DNA of 64,000 nucleotides from Sphyrna mokarran (GCA_024679065.1 JAGIQG010000010.1:62992001-63056000); one strand, 5' to 3'; positions 25,128 through 38,319 are shown, counted from the stretch's first letter. The notes: a model not told the origin generated them from the letters alone. Made by a program: numbers and translations.

Positions 25128-25555
25128 AAAATAATCACAAATGAAATATATAAAGAATTTTATTGCTTTCTTTCCAGATTTCATTCTCAATTTAACTATA
25201 TTTAAAAAATAATTATTCAATTTCCATCTTTTGAACAGGCTTAATAGGGAGAGTTTAACTTACCCAAACCCTGGAACAGAGCAGGCATGCAGTTAGAATT
25301 TCTATGGAATGACTTAAAACCTATTTTCTACCCAATTCCACTCACTGTCATTTTAACTGGGACTTTTTGTAGATGGAGATACCAGCCAGATTCAGGTAGA
25401 AACCTCACATGATCGTTGTGGTCCTATGTAATTTACAAGATCCTGACTATATTTAACAGCTAAATAAGTGAGAAGGCTGTTTCAGATACCAAAAGTCCTC
25501 CTCAACTAGGCAAAGTGGAAGCAGTCTGCTTCTGCAAACTCTAAGAGGAAATTCT

Positions 25556-25740
25556 AGTGCTCTGGTTTCCTCTCAGTCCAAAGATGTGTAGAGTAGATGT
25601 ATTAGCCAAGGCAAATGCACAGGGTTACAGGGATAGAGTGGGTGGGATGGGCCCAAATAAGATGTTCTTTTGGAGAGTCAGTGTAGACTCAATGGGCCAA
25701 ATGGCCTCCTTCTGCACTGTAGGAATTCTATGGATTCGAT
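25556..25740 (+). mobile_element. HE1-type V-SINE, 5'-truncated
   Basis: GTGCTCTGGTTTCCTCTCAGTCCAAAGATGTG...GGGCCAAATGGCCTCCTTCTGCACTGTAGGAATTCTATG. Confidence 0.85.
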
Positions 25741-26049
25741 GGTTTATGGAACAATGAAGCATTTTAAAGCAACAAAAGAATCAACAATTTGATTTTTATT
25801 AATTGATAGTCATGAATTGAAATCAATCATTCTGTCAATTTATTTAACAATCTATGGTGCATTAAAGTCTTGCATATGGATTGTTGCAGTTGAAAAGTGG
25901 TTATCACACTTTGGATATTTTTGCACCGTGCTGCCTTAATCAGCAAAAAAAAAACAGCATGATTCAAATATAAATAAAACATTAAGCAATTACTACACAA
26001 TCTGATTGCTATTGTACAATGATCAGTACTATTGCAACTCATCAAATAG

Positions 26050-26872
26050 CATCCCATTCCCTTCTGCAGCAGGATCTGAACAAATTTCAAACTTGGGCTG
26101 ATTAATGGCAAGTAACATTCGTGTCAGACAATGACTATTATCAACAAGAGAAAACCTAACTACCACTCCTTGATATTGAACAGCATGATAATCACTGAAC
26201 ATCCTATTATGAATATCCAACAGGTTACCATTGACCAGAAATTAAAATGGACAAGCCATATTAATATTGTTGCTGCAAGAACTGGCCAGAGGCTGGAATT
26301 TTGTGATGATTAATGTACCATCTGACTTCCCAAAGCCTGTCCACTATCTACTCGGTACAAGTTAGGAGTGTGATGGAACACTTTTCAGTTGCCTGGCTGA
26401 CTGCAGCTCCAATAACACACAAGAAACTCTACACCATGCAGGACAAAGCAGCCTGCTTGATCAACACCCCATCCATCACCTTAAACATCCTCTTCTTCCA
26501 TCACTGGCACACAGTAGCAGCATTGTATATCACCTACAAGTACTGCAGCAACTTCCAATACTCCTTCAACAGCATCTTCCAAATCCCTGACCTCTGCCAT
26601 CCAGAAGAACAAGAGCAGCAGATGTACCAGCTGCAAGCTCCCCTCCAAGTTACACACATCCTGATGTGGAACTGTATCACTATTCCTTCACTGTTGCTGG
26701 GTCAAAATCCTGGAACTTCCTTCAGCACACAGAATCATAGAATCCTGACAGTTCCAAAGAGGCCTAAGGCTGCAGTGGACTGCAGCAGTTTAAGGAAGAA
26801 GCTCACCATCTTCTTAAAGTCAATTAGGAATAGGCAACAGCAAGCTGACATCACAGCCCATGAACATATAAT
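26050..26872 (+). mobile_element. CR1-group LINE family B, ORF2 C-terminus and 3' UTR
   Basis: VTIDQKLKWTSHINIVAARTGQRL and LTSQSLSTIYSVQVRSVMEH (ORF-track 26131-26888 are TE pieces), followed by the family-B 3' tail. Confidence 0.85.
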
Positions 26873-27949
26873 GAAATCTGGCCAATGAACACTATTAATT
26901 ATTGAGGTCTTCTTTCAGTTGAAAAAGGCAATACATTAACAGCAGTAATTGCAAAGTGAATAAACCAATTTCTAAAACTAACCAATCAACACTTTGATTC
27001 AATAAATGGTCACTAAACAGTAACCAGCAGACATCAGCAAACCAGGCAGTCAAATCAACTTGAAAGATTCTTTTTCAATTAATTGTCAGTTGCCATTTTG
27101 ATTTCCTGCTGGGCCAAGTTCATGTCCATATATATAAGTAATAATGTTGACTTTAAGTGCCCATTAAGTAATAATGGGTAGCAGAGCCTGTTCTTTGAGT
27201 GATAATCTACAATTCTAATTTGTACAGTTCTCCCTATGATGATCCAAGAGTGTATTCCAAAACTTACTATGTGTAATGTCTTTGGAGACTTTATTGATGT
27301 ATATATTTCACTGAACACCAGGGTATATTTTGGGTGAGATATGTTTCATCATGATCACCTGCCCATGACAACAGATGACAGTGAATCTCCTCTTCCATTT
27401 CATTATTGTTATTTTCTTTCTTTCTCCACTCTACTTATTTTTTCATTTATGGTTCTTCAATCTATTTCAAAATTCATATCTAATAGATATACCAATTGAC
27501 AGTGTATAATATCACTTATCATTCTCTCTTATCTCATAGAATTCTTTATCCAAGCATACTATTTTTATAATTAAAATAATAAATTAGAAATACCAAAAAT
27601 AGGTAATCCAAGTGTCAAATTTCACTAATGTAAAACCAAAACAAGTTTTTAAAGTATAATGACTTTTGTGTAAAATATAATTTGCACTCCTAACAGGGGG
27701 CCTAAACTAATTTTCCATCCATTAATATCTATTTTAAAGTGATTTATTTTGAATTTGTGAATGAAGGATCAAGTAGGGAATGGAAGTGAATTTTACATGG
27801 CATGCCTGCTTTGTGCTTCCCTCCCCCATTACAGAAGTCATTTGCAAATCGGTTGATGAATAAAAAGGCCACCACACACTGAAAATGGAAAGAAAATGAA
27901 TGAAATTTTATGGATCGACCTCGGCACCAGAAACAACAATGACAAACCC

Positions 27950-29410
27950 ACCCATCAAACCTGCAAAGTCCTTTTTACTAAAATTTCGGAATTGTACCAA
28001 AATTGGGAGAACTGTCTTACAGGTTTATCTGACATAGTCATACTCATGCACTCATACCTTATAGATAATGTCTTACATACAGCCATCATCATCCCTGTGC
28101 ATGTCCAGGCCCAACCACAGGACAGACCCATCAGAGATAGCAGGGCAGGACTGTGGTATAATCCAGTCAGGAGAGAATTGTCCTGAGAGTTTTCAAAATT
28201 GATTATGGACCTCATGACGTCTCATGGCATCAGATCAAACATGGGCGAGGAAACCACCTGCTGATTATTAGTTTCTGTCCTCTCTCATCTGATGAATCTG
28301 TACTCACCAAGATTGAACACCAGTTAAGGGTAGCAAGGGCACAAAGTATGTCCTGGGTGGGGAAGGGGACGGTTTCAATGTTCATCACCAAGAGTAACTC
28401 AGTAGCACTGCTGAGCTGCCTGAATCCTAGCTGCTAGACTGGATCTGCAGGAAGACAGAAATAACCAATAATAAAGACTTGACCTCCACATAATTGTGTC
28501 CTTAGCCAAAATGTTTCAGTACAGTTACAACAATGGCATCTACCCAGTAATTTGGAAAACTGCCCAGGTATATCCTGCAGCGGTTCAAGAAGGCAACAGT
28601 TTAAGAAAGCAGGTCACCACCACCTTCTCAAGGGTAACCAGCAATGGACAATAAATGCTGGCCTAGCCATTGATGCCTACAACCCATTTAAAGGGAATTT
28701 AAAAGGAACATAAAAAACAGGATGAACCCAACCTGGCCAATTATTACCCTGTTGGTATACTCTCAATCATCAGCAAATTTCTAGAAGGGGTCATGTTTAA
28801 TGCTGTCTAGTGCTACTTTTCAACAATAACGTACTCACTGACACTCAGCTTGGGTTCTACCAAAGACACTCAGCTCCTGACATCATTGTAGTCACTATCA
28901 ACATGGGCAAAAGATTGAACTCAAGAAGCCCTAACAAAACCGGAATCAATGGGATTCAGTGAGAATCACTCTACTGGTTGGAGTCAAGCTTAGCACAAAA
29001 AAAATGGTTATAATTGTTGGAGATCAATCAACTCAATCTCAGGACAGCAAGAGTTCCTCAGGATAGTGTCCTAAGCCAACTATCATCAGCTACTTCACCA
29101 ATGACCTTCCTTCCATCATAATGTCAGAAGTGGGGATATTTGCTGATGATTTGCGACTCCTCAGATACTGAAGCAATCTGTGCCCAAATGAAGAAAGACC
29201 TAGACAAGATTCAGACTAGGAATGATAAGTGACAAGTAATATTTGTGCCACCCAAGAGCCAAACATTGACCATCTTCAATAAAAGAGAATCCAACCATTT
29301 CTCCTTGACATTCAATGTCATTACCATCACTGATAACCCCACCATCAAAAATCTGTGGGTTACGATTGACCAGAAACTGTACTGGACAGTCATATAAATA
29401 CTGTGGCTAC
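27950..29410 (+). mobile_element. CR1-group LINE family B, internally deleted (endonuclease and RT pieces)
   Basis: DIVILMHSYLIDNV...QDRP (endonuclease); GIYPVIWKTAQVYP; VPQDSVLS...NDLPSIIMSEVGIFADD (RT). A family-B 3' end is nested at 28575-28690. Confidence 0.85.
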
Positions 29411-29411
29411 A

Positions 29412-29505
29412 AGGGGAGGCAGTGGTGTAGGGTATTGTTGCTGGACTAGCAATCCAGAGATGTAGGATAATGCTCTGTGGACCGAAGTTTGAAGCCCATC
29501 ATGGA
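29412..29505 (+). mobile_element. SINE family B head only
   Basis: GGGGAGGCAGTGGTGTAGGGTATTGTTGCTGGACTAGCAATCCAGAG. Confidence 0.7.
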
Positions 29506-30704
29506 TTGGGGGGGTTCTGCCGATTTCTGACCACTTGCTATGTTATGGGAAATCGGAGTATAGAAGTCAGCTTTGCAATCCAATGTCATCATGCTGATTT
29601 CACCCATGATCAGAATGGCAGCAGTTCTGATTTGCAAGCATAAAATTCCAGCTGCGATTTCCAAAGTTTTAATTGTTGCTTATAGAATGTCTCACCAAGC
29701 ACCACATTTCTTGCAAAGATATTTACATTTATCACAATCTAGATGGATGTATATTTAGCACTGAAGACGATCCAAACTTGAATGCTTTTATGTACTCATA
29801 TTGTCTCTAATTGGAAGAAGAACACTTTAATGAACCAATCACATGACATCCTAATGACATCATCAGCCATTTGTATTAGCAAACAGGCAAGATATCCGAA
29901 TAACCTTCCAATAAAATTCTTGTTTGTTTGTACTTTCATAGTCTGCAAATCTAGCTTTCAAAAATAATATAAATGTCTAATTTTTGAAACATTATAGATC
30001 TGGTTTCTAAACCATTATGCAAGCCACAAGCAAAATTCTACCAACACTATTATAAAACAAGGTGAAATTGTGATTTGAAGAGATGTGTGAACTTTTCAGT
30101 TTCCATTTGATATTTCCAACAGTTCATGGTGACTACATCAAACATGCTTAACATTTAGTCAAGTTTTAAATAAACTGGACAATTTTGGCATGCAGACAAG
30201 TTGACTTTGACTGAAATGGTTAAAAAAAATACAAGATTTCTGTGTCAGTGTATACCAAGTCTGGATAAGCCATGGTGGCATCAAAAACATGCAAAATAGA
30301 TAATAGCCTGAATTTTTAGGTTGGTGTGTAAGCAAATTCAGTGGATTCAGATTTGAAGTCCGCTCCATTCCGAGATGAGCAGTCTACAGTAGTCGTATCC
30401 TGGTTGGCCAGTTAAGAACCAGCTAGTTTGAAACTAGTTTGTAGAGAGAGCTAGTAATGATGGAGATGTGTTGGGGGAGAGAGGTGCAGGAGTGGGCAGG
30501 AAGAGAGCAAATGCCTGAATGAAATCAACTGCAGGTGGCAGTTTAAAAGCAGTGGAGAGAAGGTAAGTAAATGAAGAAACAATTCTGGGGATAGTGGCGT
30601 TGAACTTGAATAAAAAACTTTGCATTGAGGAGTGAAAGTAAGGAGAACCCATGGAAGAATGTGCAGAAATACTTGAAGTCAAGCACCAGCCCTGCCTTTT
30701 TTTA

Positions 30705-31408
30705 TTCGTTAGTTCAGAAATAGTGTTGGAGAAATTGATGGGATTTAAGGCCAAGGGAAAGTAGAGATGCTTCAGTATGATTTAAGCAAGCTAAGTGAAT
30801 AGGCAGATGAATGATAGATGCAGTGTAATGTGGATAAATGTGAGGTTATCTGCTTTGGTAGCAAAAAAGGGAAGGCAGATTATTGTCTGAATGGCTATAT
30901 TTTGCAAGAGGGGAATGTGCAATGAGACCTGGGTGTCCTTGTACACTGGTCATTAAAGGTAAGCATGCAGGTACAGCAGATAGTAAATAAGGCAAATGGT
31001 ATTTTGGCCTTCATAGCAAGAGGATTCAAGTATAGGAATCTTGTTCCAATTATGCAGGGTCTTGATGAGATCATACCAGGAACATTGTGTTTTGATCTCC
31101 TTATTTGAGGAAGGATGTTCTTTCTATTGAGGGAATTCATTGAAGGTTTACCAGACTGATGCTTGGAATGGTGGAATTGATGTATGAGGGCAGATTGAGT
31201 AGGTTAGAATTAAACTTGCTGTAGTTCAGAAGAATGAGGGAGGATCTCATAGAAATCTATAAAATTCTAACAGGAGTAGACAGATTAGATGCAGCAAGCA
31301 TGATTTCAATGGTAGGGAGGTAAATCTTTCAGGACTGAGTGAGAAGAAATTTCTTTACCCGGAGAGTGGTGAGCCCGTGGAATTCATTGCCACAGAAAGC
31401 AGTTGAGG
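30705..31408 (+). mobile_element. CR1/HER-type LINE fragment with internal deletion
   Basis: SSEIVLEKLMGFKA joined to post-RT pieces (NVDKCEVI.FG; DLGVLVHWSLKVSMQVQQIVNKANGILAFIARG) and RRNFFTRRVV. Confidence 0.85.
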
Positions 31409-33247
31409 TTAAAATATTTCCTTAACTTCTGAGCTGAATGCCAATTGAACCCAATTGTGCCCACACATGCATGCCAGGACAACATGGAGATGTGGCACAG
31501 GTACATGCATCTGCCAGAGCCCAAGTTTCAACCTCCAATATGGGTTCTGAAAACTGCCAGTATTGAAGATCTGAGCTGCAATCTCGCAATAACTTCGGTC
31601 ATTTGCCCTGATAATAGGTGAGTTTTTGCCCTTATTTGTTTGCGCACTTTTTTGTGGTTTAGCTGCAGTGAATAGAGGCAGCAGATAATCTTTGGGTGCA
31701 TTCATTTTTTTTTGTAAATGCTTTTACATACATGTGATGCACAGAAAATGACAGAAAGTTGTTTCTAAATTTTACAACTTTGTCATGGCAGCTAGTTCCA
31801 GTAAAAAATTATGTTCATTAATAACAAGCTGAATACTTGTGTCTGGAATAAATTGCATCTGAAGTCCATTTGGATTTTCTATGCACTTTTAGCAGCATTT
31901 ATCCCAATTGCAAGAGCCTCTCTCCCTTCTGTTAATAAAAAGTTAGGAAGATTTTCACTAATGAATTAGTACTACCCAGGCTTTCAACTAGCTTTTGAAG
32001 TTCTACCTCCTCACTTCTCCATTCTTCCTGAGCTTTATATTCCACCCTGAATCTAGAAGTGCAAAATGTACAATCCGTACCTTGCCATTTTTCCCTATGC
32101 TGACCATAAAAATGAATGTGCCTCTCAAAATTGAATTGATTGGCCCTTTAATTGGCTCAATTTACCTTTTAATTGATATTTTGTGGTCTTCCAACATACT
32201 TCACATCTGCCAAGTGTAATAGCCAGAAACTATGTGATGACATTGATAAAGCCTCCCCATGTCATCACATGTTTTTTAACATTATATGGAAGGTGTTTGG
32301 AGCCCAAATGAGCCATATAAAATCTGGCCAATGTTTCAAAAGCATTATAATGTTTTGACCTAAATTCTAAATGGAATTCATCTTTTGCACATTAAAAATG
32401 ATAGATGGGTCAAAATACTGAATTTCAAATGGATTCAACATCATGTGTTAACCCAAATGTAATACTTTTCTATTATATTTGTCTATATTTAGAAACAGAA
32501 TAAAAAAATTTTAAGGATAAAAACGTAATCTGGCTTTAGTACCTCCTAATATTTGTGACAGACAAACCTCCACATAGGTCAGATTTTCTCTGTGGTCTTC
32601 TGAACTCCATTGTCAGGTTAAGATATAAGTCAAAAGTCTGCACTATGTGGCGAAAAGTTATTCTGTGTAATTTTCCCCAGGATGTCCAAGTAATGGGTAA
32701 ATGGCAGGTTTGCCATCCAATTAAGAATGATGAATGTACTATTGAAGATGATGAATTATTCAGAAGGGACATGCTCTGTCTCCAAGATTTTAAAATTTTA
32801 ATTAAAAATTACTTCCACAGCCAAGCTGCCACTACAGGGTGCCCTTTGACTGCTGCTGTCCCCTGACAGGCAGGAGAAGAGTCCTTAGGCTCCGAGTGTC
32901 TGACACCAGAAGGCCATCTCCAGATGCCTAAACTGGTTCTCCCCCCATCCTATCTCTGCAAAAATGGCCCAAGGACTGGTTGAAGCCGAGGAAATGGCAC
33001 GCTGAGAAACAGGGTTATTGTTAGATCCCATCTGCCTCTGTTCCAGGCCTGGCAAGGGTTCAAAATTCTACCCATTATCTTACTTTGCATTAAAAATTTA
33101 TGGGGGTGATTTTAATCCACATCAACTGGTGGGAATAGAGAAGGGACTGATTAAAATGATGTCAGATTACCTTTATTTCTATGTTCCTGTTGTGTTCCTG
33201 TCAGCTGCCATTTTAACCATGCTTATCTTTTCAGCTGGCTGAGGCAT

Positions 33248-33261
33248 CCACTAGAGGGAGA
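33248..33261 (+). promoter_or_regulatory. CTCF core motif match
   Basis: CCACTAGAGGGAG compared with the CTCF core CCAC(C/T)AG(A/G)GGGC. Motif match only. Confidence 0.3.
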
Positions 33262-33484
33262 TGGGAGTCTGATGAATATTTGCAAATTTCTATCCTCTGA
33301 TGTCTTTAAGAAACCACCCAACCTGTTGGTAAAACCTAGTGTGTTTGGCCACTCAGAGAACTATATAAAGAGATCCCTATAGATAACTAGATCATACGAA
33401 TTGCTGCTTGAGTTGCAAGGAGAACTTTCAGTTTCCAAATTTCTTCTTTTTGTAAATGCTTTACCTTGATTATCCTCAGTAACT

Positions 33485-33985
33485 AGCATGTGCTTACAAA
33501 GTTCAAAGCACAGTGTCCAACAGTGGATGTGATTCTGCATTTGGACAACATTTACTAAATAATCCTAAAACAATCATTGTGTGGCATATTTGTGTATGCT
33601 TGAAGCTACATATATTAATGCACTGTGCCCCTGTTCTTTATAGACAAGAAGAACAGGTACACACATTGCACCTGTTTCAGTTAAACAAAATAAGTGATTG
33701 CATTTGCTGACACAATTCTCAGGGAAATACTCTACCAATCAGGATCATGTTGCCTTGTTTAAATTTCAAACAACGCTTAAAGTTAACTGTCAATCACCAT
33801 GAACTGATGCAATCTCCATGGCAACATGTCTGCCAATCAAAGTGCACTTGTTAATCAATTACACTCTCTTCTTAGAGTATAAATTGTTATTTTCCCCTTA
33901 TATTAGTATTCCAGTGAAGTGCCCTGATGAGTACAATACAAAAAGCTTCAACATGCCTCTGTTTTTTTAAGCAATACTCAAGTTC
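33485..33985 (+). mobile_element. Penelope-like element 3' end (third type)
   Basis: CDSAFGQHLLNNP...LEATYIN...PVLYRQEEQVHTLHLF (GIY-YIG C-terminus), then a pLTR with a hammerhead motif. Confidence 0.8.
33919..33954 (+). ncRNA. Minimal hammerhead ribozyme relic
   Basis: CTGATGA-GTA-CAA-TAC-AAAA-AGCT-TC. Stem II is 3 bp, stem III is the palindrome AAGCTT, and GAAA is changed to AAAA. Confidence 0.6.
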
Positions 33986-35164
33986 ACTGTGGTGAAAGTC
34001 ACAACCATATTGAAATTTTATTCTACTACTTTACTTCACATCATCACTATTGGTACGTATGAGAACATTCATACATCTGCACATCATTACTTGGTGTAGA
34101 TCATTGAGGCTTTGTTTGCCAAAGTGTTTATCACACCCCACCTGGAAGGGGAGAAAAAAACAACTGAATACTCTGAGTACATGTAGCAGATGGCTGTTCT
34201 CCCAAAACTGCTGGTTGTTTGTGAATGACTCTTAAACAGCCATCAGCACACCAACAACAATCAATCCTAGGGCATAAATGAATTGCAGAAGATTTCATTA
34301 AGTAAATGTCCAGATGCTCAGAGACCACCACAATGTAAAATTGCGGGATCCAGTATATATGGCAAGACTCATGCTATTGTTATTCTGAGATAGTTCATGG
34401 TGCCATGACTATTTTGGGTGAACAAACACAATAGTCTTGCTGTAGCAACACATCTGTCCCTGATACCTCAAGTATTGACACCAGTCAGGAACCCCTGCAC
34501 CAAGGCACAGCAAAAATGCAATGATAATATATGATTAGGATCTTAAAGCCGCACTTTCAATGTCAAGACAAGTCAGCTGGAATCCTATTGTAAAATGCGT
34601 CAAAGATAATTTATGTCTGCTGTGTGTTACACAACTTTAGCATTTAAAAAGGAGAATTCACACAGCCAGAATAGTTAAAAGATAAGCCTGTATCTTTGCT
34701 TACAAAGAAGGAGGAATAAGAGGAGAGAAAAGGACAGTTAGTCAGGACTGAAGCATAACCAAGGAGTCACAGGCAGGTATTTCTCTTCAAAGAATCCCTT
34801 GAGCTGCTACCTGACCAGTTCAATTTTCCTTTATATATCATATTGATCTATATATAATGACATGGCAGCCCAAATTCTTCAAGCCTTTATTTTACATATC
34901 AGCTGCCAACACCAAGGTTCATTTTTCTTTTCGGTGAAAAAATATTTAGACCAAAATCTGGGAAAGGGGAATGAGGGAGGAGTAAGAGGAATGTGTGGAG
35001 AAGGAAATGGAAGAAAGAGAAGTAAGGATTTGGAGGAGGCAATGAACCAAAGTGAGAAGGGAGGAGGTGGAAAGTGTGAGAGGGGTTTGAGTGGGAGATA
35101 ACAGAAGAAGAGGGAGCGATAGGTGGGACAGAAAGAGTGAACAGGCATGTGCAGGTTTTGTAAA

Positions 35165-35628
35165 ACCATCCAGAGTTTTAACTCTGTGGCTTGTGTCACT
35201 ATTTTCATGAGGCTTTCCAAATGAAAAATAGCCCGATTGTCAGGCTTGGGGAGAAAATGAAACTTGCCACCACAGAGGGTGGTTGAAGCAAATGGTATCA
35301 TGCATTAAGGAGGAAGCTAAGCAAACATCTAAGGGAGAAGAGAATAGATGGTGAAATAGCGAGCCATTCCAAGGACTGAAATATCAGAGGGTCGTGTGAC
35401 GCATGAGTGAGGGCTTTCCCAGACAGTCTGGAGATTGGAATCAAAGTAGTTGATAGCCTCTTTATCACCCTCTATAAATAGTTCTTTAATCACTCAGTGA
35501 TCGCCACACTGGCAGATTTAAACAAGAAAAGATGGGAGAAGGTTCAAATAAAGCGTAAATACTGATATGGACTGATTGGTCTGAATGACCTGCTGCTGTG
35601 CAGTATATCCTTGGTAATGCTATGTAAC
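35165..35628 (+). mobile_element. CR1-type LINE 3' end, interrupted
   Basis: GAAACTTGCCACCACAGAGGGTGGTTGAAGCAAATGG...CTGAATGACCTGCTGCTGTGCAGTATATCCTTGGTAATGCTATGTAA. Confidence 0.65.
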
Positions 35629-36089
35629 AGAGTGATAGACTTTCTTATTCATGAAGGCTGCTGGCTGATGTTTTAGTGATCTAATGGCAACTTTTGAAAG
35701 TATTTTGATACAATGGACAGAATAGAAGCCGGGCACTGCTTCAGCTTCCAGAGCTTTCTCCTGATAACCATTTATTTCAATAGAAAAGATAGCTTCTGGC
35801 TGGCCTTAATGAACAGGGAATTGATGACTTCTCTTATGCAACTAGGTAATGGATTGTTGCCACTATCCATATAGGAGAGTCAGTGCTAAGAAGTTAAGGA
35901 CTGTGGTGACTTTGAAAACCATTGACGAAGGTTGTCCACCTAGTCCTGTTGCAGAAGTGTGCAAACATCTGCCTGGAAGAACATCTCCAGATGAATGCTC
36001 TTCAGAAAGATCCCAGGAAGTGGCTTTTGGTCAGTGCACCATGTATGCAAGGTATGGCCTCTTATGAGCAGTTCACAATTCCATGATAG

Positions 36090-36912
36090 GCACCCAGTCA
36101 CCAAGGCATAACATTGACCCCTTTACTTCCTCTCTCTTCATTGCTCAGAGCCCTAAACACTCCATTCAGGTGAAGCAGCATTTCACTTGCACCATTACTC
36201 AGTCTGCAAACATGACCCCAACTTCTCTCAATACTGCGCATTGACAAAGGGTTATTTGTCAAAGAAACATCAGCTTTTTTTTCTCCTGAGAGATGTTGCC
36301 AGACCTGCTGAAATTTTCCAGCGTTTTCTTTTTTGACCCCGACCTTCCTGCCACTTGCCATTTCAATTCGGCATCTTGCTCTCATTCCCAAATGCCCAAG
36401 TGCCCGTCCTTGGCCTGTTGCATGCTCATGATGCCCAATACAAACTGAAGGTGTAGCACATCATCTTCCAATTGGACATGTCACAGCCCTCAGGACTTTA
36501 TTCTATTTTTTATCTTAACAAAACATGCACCCTCTGCACTCCCCCCCTCACAATTGGGCCATATGTCACATATTTTTAAGTTTTGCTTTCACTGATCCTT
36601 GACCTTTGTTCTTCTATTAACACATTTTGCTATCTTACCTTTATACCACTATCAGAAAGTTCTATTGCCCTTCATACTTCACATTGCCATTAATCATGCC
36701 CTACCTATCTTTGTTGCAATCTCTCCTGGCTTCCACCTATCACTGACCTTCCATGCAGCTCCAGCTACCCCAACCTCTCTCATACAATATAAAATCCATC
36801 AATTTATCTCTCTCTTGAGCATGGAAGAAGTCATATGGACTTGAAATATTAACTCTGTTTCTTTCTCTAAAATGCTGCCAAACCTACCGGGTATTTTCTG
36901 CATTTTCTGTTC
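36090..36912 (+). mobile_element. Penelope-like element, GIY-YIG region and pseudo-LTR
   Basis: PFTSSLFIAQSPKHSIQVKQHFTCT; DPDLPATCHFNS; HIIFQLDMSQPSGL. Degenerate hammerhead/pLTR at 36820-36912. A second pLTR piece is nested at 36240-36330. Confidence 0.8.
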
Positions 36913-36935
36913 TAATCTTATAAATTGTATGCACT

Positions 36936-37245
36936 GGGAGCAGCAAGGTGGCATAGTGCTTAGCATTGCTGTCTCACAGTCTCAGGGATCCGGGTTCAAT
37001 TCCCAGTTTGGATCACTGTCTGTTCAGATTCTGCACGTTCTCCTCATGTCTGTGTGAGTTTCCTCTGGGTGCTCCAGTTTCCTCTCATAGTCTGAAGATG
37101 TGTGCATTAGGTTGATTGGTCATGCTAAATTGACGCTCAGTGTCAGGGGAATAACAGAGTAAATATGTAAATATGAGAGAGACTGATGTTAGTGTAGGCT
37201 TGATGGGCTGAATGGCCTCCTTCTGCACTGTAGAGACCCTATGAT
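36936..37245 (+). mobile_element. HE1-type V-SINE
   Basis: GGGAGCAGCAAGGTGGCATAGTGCTTAGC...GGGTTCAATTCC...GAATGGCCTCCTTCTGCACTGTAGAGACCCTATGA. Confidence 0.88.
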
Positions 37246-37627
37246 TTTCCTATTTCCAGAAAACATTTTGTATCGGCTGCAGTAGAAAATCGTGTTGCTC
37301 CTTTTATGTACAACTGTTCCTAGTCTTCTTTACCATGCTGAGTATTGTGCAAGGTATGAAATAAACTAAATTCAATTTCTTACTACTTACTACTCTACTT
37401 TGTGCAACAGTCACTGAGCTTGCACAATGTTTGACCAAGTTATTAGATGAAGTGATATGTAAGAATGAAGCATTTCCCTCTGGTCCTATTTTATGAGGAA
37501 ACAAAGTTTGACATTCTCCAGCGCACCTAATTTCTGTTGAGCCTTCTGCCTCTGAAGTGCTGGATAATATTGAGAGCATTGGAAGAGAAATTTACAGTGT
37601 GTTGTTTCCTGTTGCACTAGTGTGATG

Positions 37628-37787
37628 NNNNNNNNNNNNNNNNNNNNNNNNNNNNNNNNNNNNNNNNNNNNNNNNNNNNNNNNNNNNNNNNNNNNNNNNN
37701 NNNNNNNNNNNNNNNNNNNNNNNNNNNNNNNNNNNNNNNNNNNNNNNNNNNNNNNNNNNNNNNNNNNNNNNNNNNNNNNNNNNNNNN
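37628..37787. other. Assembly gap (160 N)
   Basis: Run of N characters. Confidence 1.
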
Positions 37788-37889
37788 TCTTAGAGAACTC
37801 ATGAGCAAAAAAAAGCCTTATTTTTCTTCACAGAAAACCTAAGCTGCCCTGGCTAATTATTTTTAATATTAGCAACTTTTGTTTGATAA

Positions 37890-38192
37890 GAAGTGGTTAC
37901 ATCTCTCTCAGCTGCAGTGGCCTGGTTCGCTTCCAGCTTCGGGTGACTTTTTTTGTGGAATTTGCATGTTTTCCCTATATCTACATGGGTTTCCTCCGGA
38001 TGCTCCGGTTTCTTCGCACAGCTCAAAGATATGTGGATTAGGTTGATTAGCCATGATAAATTGCCCCTTAGTGTTGGTGTGATTAGCAGGGTAAATACGA
38101 AGGGGTAAATACAGGTTTTGGGCCTGGTGGGATTGTTGTCAGTGCAGACTCAATGGGCCAAATGGCCTCCTTCTGCAATGTAGAGATTCTAA
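37890..38192 (+). mobile_element. HE1-type V-SINE
   Basis: AGTGGTTAC...GGGTTTCCTCCGGATGCTCCGGTTTC...GGGCCAAATGGCCTCCTTCTGCAATGTAGAGATTCTA. Confidence 0.88.
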
Positions 38193-38319
38193 GAAGTCAA
38201 TAGATAATTTTGTGAATTCATTTTTGGAATTAAATTCTACTTTAAAATCACATAATTTTTGGAAAAGACTAAATTAATATCAGAAGGTTACATTTATTAT
38301 ATTCTCTGTCCTGGATGCT

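Noticed and set aside
26313-26888. Longest ORF in the track (191 aa)
   Set aside because: A frameshifted LINE ORF2 C-terminus running into LINE 3' UTR, not a host gene.
34188-34243. 10-bp perfect inverted repeat GATGGCTGTT/AACAGCCATC
   Set aside because: The stem is too short and the loop too large for a pre-miRNA. Plausible by chance in 64 kb.
37617-37808. ORFs consisting of X residues
   Set aside because: Artefacts of the N gap.
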